Positions 55,017-64,000 of a stretch of 64,000 nucleotides of DNA are shown in pieces; position 1 is the first letter of the stretch; every line of letters begins with the position of its first letter. The notes beneath the pieces were generated by a model. That model saw nothing but the letters and a program-made list of their open reading frames with translations, searched no databases and was not told the origin of the DNA. This DNA is from Azolla caroliniana (taxonomy: Eukaryota; Plantae; Polypodiophyta): contig JBHGNT010000006.1 in NCBI GenBank assembly GCA_043228905.1, positions 16,926,001-16,990,000 of the forward strand. Direction: 5' to 3'. Both the position numbers and the translations under genes were made by a program.

Positions 55017-57231
55017 TGGTACTAGAGCACTTGGTAGCCTTATCCAAGCCCATACACATGTATTGTGTCCAAGCCTACGTTCACGAAGAACCGGCCGATT
55101 ACTGTAGCAGTAACCTGCACAACTCGCATCAAGGGAAGAAGAAGGAAACTCGCTCCATACAAATCGATCAACATGATACTAAGATGGGAAACACTATTCG
55201 TACCGAGAAACTCGATAGAAATAGCTTTGCATCGTGGGAGTACAAGATGCACTAATACCTTGTCGATCAAAGCTATTGGGGTTATATCGAGGGAGCACAA
55301 GAAACACAACCCAACCCAACACATGCCGACTACCCAACTTGGGAGCAAGCGGCTACATCCGAGAGGCCAAAATGTCGAAGGAGGCATGGGGGAACCTCAA
55401 CAGAATTTTTGCGGCAAACATGACTACAAGCAATCTTCAACTCCGTGAGGAGTTGAACAATATTCAGCAGAGGGACATGTCAATCGGTAGCTACACATTA
55501 ATGATCAAGGAGTTGTGTGATGCCCTCGGGTCCATCAATGTTGTCATGAAGATTTTTGGCAACGGTGTGAAAATCGTGTGGAATGGATGAAATCGAGAAG
55601 GTGCAATGTGCACGTGTGAAAGGTGTGATGGTCACATGCATACACTAGCATGTTGTAAATAGGAACAAAATGAGAAAAGAAAGGCTAGATGTAAGGTTAA
55701 ACATGTGCATGTGTGATGTGCACAGAAATACTTGAAAATAAGCCTAGGGTCTAGTGGTATTTGTGTGCATCCCCAGGCATGCAAGTAAGGTTTTGAACCA
55801 TGCACCTCCAACACAGGATAGAATTGACTTACGACTAAAGCTACTACTGAGCGTTTTAGATTTTGTATATTTTCTTATCATATTCAATATTGTATAGGAA
55901 ATAAACATATAAATCCATGTGCACAAAACCATGGTTTTAAGCCATGGGTTTGTGCATGTCATAAGCAAAAACCATGTGCACAAAGCCATGGTTTTGTGCA
56001 TATTACATGCATGGAGAGATCTATAAAAGCCTCTAGTTGGGCCTCTATAAGATGTAATGAGTTATATATTAAATCAATAAAATAATAACAAAATCCTAAG
56101 TATCTCATTGGTAATGTGCCTTGTCTTTCCAAATTGAAATCAAGGGATCAAAGTCGAATTTGGAATATATCTCTCACTATCTTAAATACTTTCTCTCTTA
56201 CGCTAGTAAAAATTTAGAATCCTTCCGGTCCAGGACCCCGGCGGTTCCGCTTCATTTCACGAACACACGAGGGTTTCCTCGACAACGTCCGCTTCGAAGA
56301 TGATGAAATGGTGCAGATATGCCTCGGAGTCCTAGCACCTCAGTTCGATGCCATACGGTCGGTATTCCTCACCAAGGAGAACTCTCCCTCCTTCTTCGAT
56401 CTCCAGTTGATGCTATTGGTTAACGAAAATCACGTCCGATTGAGGAGCAATGTGAAAGAAGGACACATGCTCTATTAGAACTCAGATGGATGAAGAGGAC
56501 AAAATCGTGGAAAAAGAGGTGGATTCGGTCAGGGAAGCCACAACCAAGAACAACCTTGCAAACAAAAATTCTACTACCGGCAAGATGTTTCAAACACATG
56601 GGGTGGAGCGTCTGGAAGAAGGGGGAGCAATCATGCCGGACTCGAGCGGCAAAACAACCCTGTCCAGTGTAGATACTATGGCAAATTCGGCCACCACGAG
56701 GCAAAGTGTTACATAAAGAAGAGTGAGTTGGCCTCCATAAGCCGACAACTCACCAACTACGCCTCAAACTCCGACTACGACGGCCGTGGCGTAATGTTCA
56801 TGATATGGTATAGAGCAAATTCAATGACGACATCATGCCTCACAAGCACCATCAACTTAGAAAATGTATGGTTTGTCGATTCGGGTGCATTCAATCACAT
56901 GACGTCTCATGAAGATTGGTTTCGAGAATTGCGAAAACTCGAACGACCCAACTATCTGGAAATAGGGGATGACAGAATTTACACGATTTAGCATGTCGGA
57001 AATGTCCCATTTGGTGAAGAGGGAAACATGACCTACATTAAGAACGTCTTGCATGTTCCAACGATAACTAAAAATCTGGTCTTGGTCGACAAGATCGTGG
57101 AACAAAGTATGCAAGTTCGCTTCAACGACATCGGGTGCTTTATCAAAAAGGAAGGCTGAATTATCGATCACGGTCGAAGAGAAGGCCAAATGTTCATCCT
57201 CAATTCTCACAAGCTCAAATCAACAATGTAT
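55017..57231 (+). pseudogene. Decayed Ty1/Copia gag-protease region preceded by a degenerate tRNA-Met PBS, split by a solo LTR
   Basis: TGGTACTAGAGC at 55017; EKLDR.SF.SWEYKM; KEAWGNL..IF; WFVDSGAFNHMT. Confidence 0.75.
55542..56284 (+). repeat. Solo LTR related to elements B and C
   Basis: TGTCATGAAGATTTT...GGACCCCGGCGG...CGACA termini resemble the B/C LTR ends; same AAAACCATGGTTTT arrays as B; TSD ATGT/ACGT. Confidence 0.8.
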
Positions 57232-57772
57232 TGTTGTTCATTCGACAGTTGACTATTGAGACCGACAACAAAACAGGGTCGAATGTTCTATGAAGAAACT
57301 CTAGAATTACAAAATGAATGCGAACCAGCTTCCTATGTAGTTTTACGATACCATATAAATATATCGTAATCGACTAATTGACATAATACAATTATGAGGA
57401 GAATATAACCAAGATGAATAGAACAATAGATTACTCAAAGAATACACAATACAGATTTCTACTAACTAATAACTATATTAAACTCAAATAAAAACGATAG
57501 TGTTACAATGTTCTCGGTCCCTTTTTATAGGTGACGGGAAAAACAGATTCATCAAGCATTACATTGTGCCTTGCTGGCAAGAATTGTTGAGTGGACAAGC
57601 TCAACCAGATCCGGATCAGAGTCGGAAACGAAGAACCGGATAGGTATCCGGAACCAGGCGCCAGATCAGAGAGCCTGATCATATTGTAACCGGTAGGCCA
57701 TTAGGGGCCTACGAATCTAGCCTAGTACGTAGGCATATTTCTAGGAGTCAGTGTCACTCGCTCATATGACCA

Positions 57773-58384
57773 TTGAAGTACTTGTCAATACTTCTGACAC
57801 TCCTTTTAAGGACTTGTATAAATGCGCTCACATAGCACATTGTATGCATAGAGCATTATTATTTTGAATTGAGTTTATGTTTGAAGTACTTGTCAATACT
57901 TTTGACACTCCTTTTAAGGACTTGTATAAATGCGCTCGCAGAGCACATTGTATGTATAGAGCATTATTATTTTGAATTGAAGTACTTGTCTATACTTCTG
58001 ACACTCCTTTTAAGGACTTGTATAAATGCGCTCACAGAGCACATTGTATGTATAGAGCATTATTATTTTGAATTGAGTTTATGTTTGAAGTTCTTGTCAA
58101 TACTTCTGACACTCCTTTTAAGGACTTGTATAAATGCGCTCACAGAGCACATTGTATGTATAGAGCATTATTATTTTGAATTGAAGTACTTGTCTATACT
58201 TCTGACACTCCTTTTAAGGACTTGTATAAATGCGCTCACAGAGCACATTGTATGTATAGAGCATTATTATTTTGAATTGAAGTACTTGTCTATACTTCTG
58301 ACACTCCTTTTAAGGACTTGTATAAATGCGCTCACAGAGCACATTGTATGTATAGAGCATTATTATTTTGAATTGAGTTTATGT
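57773..58384 (+). repeat. Tandem array of six 96/108-bp units containing a TATA-like motif, probably within an LTR remnant
   Basis: Units start at 57773, 57881, 57977, 58085, 58181 and 58277; each contains CTTGTATAAATGCGCTC. Confidence 0.92.
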
Positions 58385-58507
58385 TCTTCTTCTCTCTCCG
58401 TCTCTCTCACTCCTTATCTGTGTGATTCAAGCTTCCATTATACATGTGTGTATTTTCTGTTGCTATCCAGTTAAACCGGTTTGTCAAAGCTTCCGCATAT
58501 TAACTTT

Positions 58508-61500
58508 TGTTGAGAGATCAAGCTCAACTTAGTTTAGTTAGTTAGTCAACCATGTAACTTCGTAGTTACCTAAATAGAATCTAGTTAGAAGTGCTAACTA
58601 TAACGACTTAAATAGGACCTTGTACTTAAGTAGGATATTCTAGATCCTCCACTCCCAAAGTAATTTAATATAGGACTTACACGGTTGTACCTATATTCTC
58701 CTCACACATGTGCACCCTTGCACATGAGATCTATATACCTCATTGATGGTATTTTTGTATTTGATAATGTTTTATAATATACACTCATGTTTACTCATCC
58801 CCCATCTTGTGTTGTTCATAAGTGTATCTCTCCTCTCTCTCTTCCTCTCACACACATACATAAACATATCACATAATCTTCCCCACTTAACTAAATCAGA
58901 TAATTAGGTACTAATTAACCCAGACTTAATTACTTCCCTGATTCTTAACATGGTATCAGAGCGAGTGGTTTAGAAAATCCACTAAGCCCACCCAACTCCG
59001 TGATTGTGTGTTCGAGATGCCGACAAAAAAATCCGGCTATCGGCTACCGTAGTGCCGCTACGTAGAACGTGTACGTGACTGAAGGAAGGAAAGCAAAAGA
59101 AGAGAAGACACTACAATCAACATGAACACACAAATGGGTAGCTCACTCCCTAGTGAAAAGCTAGACTGGAGCAATTATTCATCTCGGGAGTACAAGATGA
59201 CCCAATACCTCGTCGGCCAAGGGTATTGGAGCTACATCAATGTCGCTCAAGAAAATCGACCCGACTCAAAGAACGCCGACTACGCAACATGGGAGCAAGC
59301 GGCGAGTCGAGTCATGTTTTGCTTGGCAACATGTGTCCATGACCACATGCTTAGCCACATTCGAGATGCCAAAACGCCTAAAGAAGCGTGGGCGAACTTA
59401 AAGAAAATGTTCGCCGCCAACACGACCGCCCGGAACCTTCAACTAGGACATGTCCGTGTCAGACTACACCGCCAAGATTAGGAGCATTTGCGACTCACTT
59501 GGATCCATCAAAATAAACGTTGACGAAGACGAGATGGTTCAAGTATGCTTGGGTGGCCTCGCACAACGATTCAATCCATTACGGACGACAATCTTGGCGA
59601 GAGAAAACCCTCCTTCATTCTTCAACCTCCAATCAATGTTGTTGGTCTAAGAGAGCCACGTCCGAACCAAAAACAAGACATCGGAAGGACAAATGTTCTT
59701 CTTGAATTTGGACGGTGACCGAGGACGAAGTCGAGGCGGTAGAAGAGGCCAATTCGGCCCATCACGTGAAGGGAACTCAAACCTTCACGGAAGCCATCAA
59801 GGAACCTTCAGAAGAAGGGGGAGCTTCCACGCCGAACATGGTCAGCAAATGATGCTCACAACTTGCAATTATTGCAACACTACGAGGCAGAGTGTCGGAA
59901 AAAGAGAAGTGAGTCGGCTTCAAAAGGTTGACACCTCACAAACTACACATCGAACTCCGACCACGACAACCGTAGCGGAATGTTCACAGAATCACGCGTC
60001 GAATTCCGACTACGATAATCGTAGTGAAATGTTTACAAATTACACCCCAAATTCCGACTACGGCAACTGTGGCGGAATGTTCATAATGAGGCATAGAGAA
60101 AACTCTATGACGGACTCCAACTCCGCAAGCACCTCCAACTCGGAAGACGTGTGGTCCATCGACTCCGGCGCCTCACATCACATGATATCTCACGAAGAGT
60201 GGTTTCATGACTTGCGTACACCGGACTGACCCGACTTCATAGAGACAGGAGACGACATCACACACCCCATTCGGCACATCGGCAATGTCCCATTCGTGAA
60301 AGAAGGCGAACAAACTTGCATCAAGAATGTCTTGCACGTGCCCATAATAACGAAGAATTTGGTCTCTGTCGGCCAAATCGTGGAGCAAGGCATGCAAGTT
60401 CACTTCAATAAAGAAGGATGCTTCACTGAGAAAGATGGCCGACTCATAGCGAAGGGGTGGAGAGATGGCCGAATGTTCATCCTCGATTCAAACAAGGTGA
60501 AATCAACAAGGTATGCTAAAGGTCTCAAAACCGAGACAAGCATCGAGTTTTGGCACAAGAGAATTGGGCACATAAACCTCCAACAACTTCAAGCGATGCA
60601 AACCAAGGGAGTCGTCATCGGACTTCCGATATTCGAGTCGAAACGAGTCGACCGAGTATGCGAAGCATGTCAACTCGGCAAATAACATCGACTCCCATTC
60701 CCGAAGGAGAGCTTCGCAGGGAAAGGCCTCCTCAACATCATACACTCGGATGTATGGGGACTAGCTCAAACACCGATAATCGGCGGATGCCGATACTATG
60801 TAACCTTCATCGATGACTACTCGCGCTATTCGTGGATCTACCCGATGAAGAAGAAAAGCAAAGTGTTCTCCCATTTCCAAAAGGTCAAGGGGCAAGTCGA
60901 AAAAGAAACCGGTCGGCACATTTGATGCCTACGATTGGATGGAGGAAGGAGTACTTCTCCGATGAATCCACCTACTACCTCCAAAGTGAAGGCATTCGAA
61001 GAGAATTCTCGTGCTGACACACCCCCCAACAAAATGGAGTCGCCAAAAGGAAAAATCGGCAAATACTTGAGGTAGCACGCACCATGATGCATGAGAAGCA
61101 CATGCCAAATTTCTATTGGGCCGAAGCGGCATCCACGATCGTCTATCTCATGAATCGATGCACCTACATACGAGCTCCTCGTCGGAAGGAAACCGATCCT
61201 ATCGCACCTTACGGTGTTCGGAAGCATTGCGAATGTACGCATCCCGAACGAACAATGACAGAAGCCTGACGCAAAGTCGGAGGAATGTATCCTAATAGGA
61301 TACTCGTTCAAGAAGAAGGCATACAAATGGTACAACCCTTCTACCCGAGCAGTTCGGGTAAGTCGAGACGTAGTCTTCGACGAGTCCACATCGTGGTACG
61401 CACTAGAGCCAACTTAGACTCCGACTCCGCTCGACCCACAATTTGCCGAACAAGAGGTAGAAAATGGAGATCGCTTTGAACACATGTTCAAAGAATGTCT

Positions 61501-62243
61501 GATTACGGCAAAGCCTAGTGGCCACAAGAGCACCCAAGCGACCCAATCACGTCGCGGCCAAGTACGACCTTGGAGAAAGGAAAAGGTAAGATGCCCAAAT
61601 ACGAAGTCGACCACCCCGTCGACAATGATTCGGATGGACCAGCTCCCTCACTAGAGACTGAGTTCAGTGTAACCATCATGCGGACACCCGAGGAAAGAAG
61701 GAGCTCACATTGGCGACCGAAAAACTTCGACGCTCATCTAGAGCTAAGAACTCCGTCACTCGACACCGCTACAACAAGTACATGGCCCATCACTATGCCT
61801 TTGCGATGAAGGTAGAGGCTGAACAAGATCCCAAGAGCTCCACCGAAGCGGCTCGTAACCCACGATGGGTGGAAGTAGTCGACCTTCGCCCACACACTAC
61901 AAGCCTTCGTCATCGGCTTGAGGGGGAGGAACTGAGATTGCCACAGTGAGGAAAGCTGAAGGCCGGACGGAACCAGCATAGAAGCCGACATCGAAAGCCG
62001 GACAACGCCGAAAACGAAACTGGATGTCGGACGCCTCACACTTGAGCTTGAGGGGGCGTGTTGAAAGATCATGCTCAACTTAGTTTTGTTAGTTAGTCAA
62101 CCATGTAACTTTGTAGTTACCTAGATAGAATCTAGTTAGAAGTGTTGATTGTAATGATTTAAATAGGACCTTGTACTTAAGTAGGATATTCTAGATCCTC
62201 CACTCCCAAGGTCTTTTATTATAGGACTTATACGGTTGTAGCT
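58508..62243 (+). mobile_element. Decayed Ty1/Copia element (gag-PR-INT; RT/RH deleted)
   Basis: 5' LTR 58508-58950; PBS TGGTATCAGAGC 58951-58962; IDSGASHHM, FWHKRIGH, HSDVWG; PPT TTGAGGGGGCG; 3' LTR from 62059, interrupted at 62243. Confidence 0.88.
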
Positions 62244-62332
62244 TGTTAAAAGATCAACGTGTGGAAGCAACAAAAAACCGAACGTAGGAAAGAACACAGG
62301 TTTAATGGAAAGCTTGGACACACAATACACGG

Positions 62333-62380
<48 letters not shown>

Positions 62381-64000
62381 GATATACACCTCTAATCAAA
62401 ATAATAATACTCAATCTGTACATAGGATGTGCTCAGTGAGCACTTTTATACAAGTCCATACAGACTGACAAAAGTACTGACACGTACTTCAATGCTCATA
62501 AATGAGCTCTATACTAACTCCCAAAAATATATTCCTAGCCAGAATATCTTTCCAATGGCCACGCGGTTTACGCACCGCTTCTTGTTGCGCACCAGTTTAT
62601 GCACCCGGTTTACTCACCCGTCCGGCTGAACCGATCGGTCCCAACTGATCCGGTTCTCGGCTTGCACAACTGATCTAGGCAATGTTGAGCTTGTATCTTA
62701 GCAGTCCCCTTCAAGCTCAACTTGAGGCTCTTCTAGTTCTTCCGGATCACTACTCCGGTTTCTTCTGGCTTCACGCCTCACTCGCGCTCCCCATCTTGTT
62801 CGATTCCGCATGCCTTGACCCTTCCGGTCGGCGTGTGTGCTCGTGTGGCCCTTCTCAACTCCCTTGTCGTCGCGGTGTTGGCGCCTCTTCGGCTACCCTT
62901 TCTTCCGCTTGGCCCTCGGTTGATTCGGCATCTCCGAATCAAACATCCGAACCGAATCAGCTTCCTCCGATCATTTTTCGCTCTCGTTCGAGTTGGCTTC
63001 ATCTCCTCCATGCTTGGCTGACTTCGGCTCTTTCTTACGGCTGCTTCCCTCACGTCCTCTTCTGGACTGTTTCGCGGATCTGCCCTGGGCTTCTTCGAAC
63101 GACCCGAAATCGAAATCGTCATCCGACTTGGCGTCACGGTGTCTTCCGCTCCTTTCCTGCTCCCTTCCCTATTCTTACGGGACTTCTCTCCTCCTCACGT
63201 TCGGCACATCGAGGTGACGCAGCCCAAGGAGATCCTTAAGTAGCCGTTCCAGCTAGATGGCTTCGCACCTAGCGACAACTGCTCCTCTATACTCAGCTTT
63301 GGTGCTCGACAATGCAACTGTCGGCTGTTTCTTGCTACTCCACGCGATCGCGGAGCTCCAAGAGAGAACGTGAATCTTGATGTGGATCGGTGATCGCCGG
63401 TATTTCCGACCCAATCAACATTAGTGTAACTGACTAACTGCGCGGCAATATCGGTCCGATAGAGTAGCCCCTGATCCTTAGTGCCACTAATGTACCGGAG
63501 TACGCGTTGTGCGCACTGAAGGTGCTCTTCGGTTGGCCGCGCCATGAACTGACTAATCACACCGACCGGGTAACTGAGGACTGGGCGAGTGATAGTCAAG
63601 TAGATGAGGCTTCCGACAATCTGTCGAAACCTCTTAGGGTCGCAAACCTTTCTAGAATCGGGGCGAAGCTTGATGGTTCTATCCAGAGGAGTTGAGACAG
63701 ACTTACAATCTGCCATCCCGAACTTGAAGAGCATACCTAGCACGTAATGTTGTTGGCTGATCAGTATGCCTTTGGGGGTACGGATCACTTCGATCCCGAG
63801 GAAGTAATGAAGGTACCCCAGGTCCTTCATGTCAAATGATGCCACGAGCTGGAGTTTTACGCGGTCAATTTCACCTAGGTCGGCGACACTAATGACCAAG
63901 TCATCAACATAAAGTAAAATACTAACAGTGAAGAGTCCGATTTGGACGATTCAAATTCCATCCGATGCAATCGCTGCGTGATTTTTGCGTTCCAAGCACG
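62244..64000 (-). mobile_element. Ty1/Copia element 3' part (3' LTR 62244-62703, PPT, RT/RNase H remnant), inserted in the preceding element's 3' LTR
   Basis: LYVDDL, FDMKDLG..YFLGIEV, VGSLIYLTITRP, DW.G...D.RST at 63195-63915; GCTTGAAGGGGAC just before the LTR. Confidence 0.82.

Noticed and set aside
57773-58474. CRISPR-like array, or the 201-aa repetitive ORF 57869-58474
   Set aside because: The units are contiguous near-identical repeats with no unique spacers and no cas genes; the ORF is a by-product of in-frame tandem repeats.

Overview
This is repeat-dominated eukaryotic DNA, most likely from a non-flowering land plant (inferred from the TE families, the tRNA primer sites and an intron-containing mTERF gene). 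Positions 1-30.6 kb are a nested stack. It holds a Ty3/Gypsy gag remnant, a LINE, and three related non-chromoviral Ty3/Gypsy elements: A (105-2509, deleted), D (3245-26937, decayed) and E (15047-25106, near-intact). All three carry the same extra coiled-coil ORF. A pol-less tRNA-Trp-primed LTR element B (7966-11503) sits inside D. Positions 33.0-47.35 kb are a ~14 kb Mutator-like transposon with TIRs, a SWIM/DDE transposase and a Ulp1-type protease gene. It is interrupted by a young pol-less LTR element C (34241-39936) and by a 209-bp hairpin element. One host gene (mTERF, four coding exons) lies at 47.7-51.5 kb. Positions 52-64 kb are decayed Ty1/Copia elements, a solo LTR and a tandem array. 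Two observations stand out. (1) Gypsy elements A, D and E have no polypurine tract. Each instead carries a tRNA 3'-half mimic ending in CCA (CTA in D) exactly 2 nt before the 3' LTR, which suggests tRNA-type plus-strand priming. (2) The 209-bp hairpin is made of two inverted U3-like ends of this Gypsy family and has TG..CA termini and a 5-bp TSD, i.e. a MITE-like element apparently inserted by a retrotransposon integrase. All tRNA and family assignments come from recalled motifs, not from database searches.
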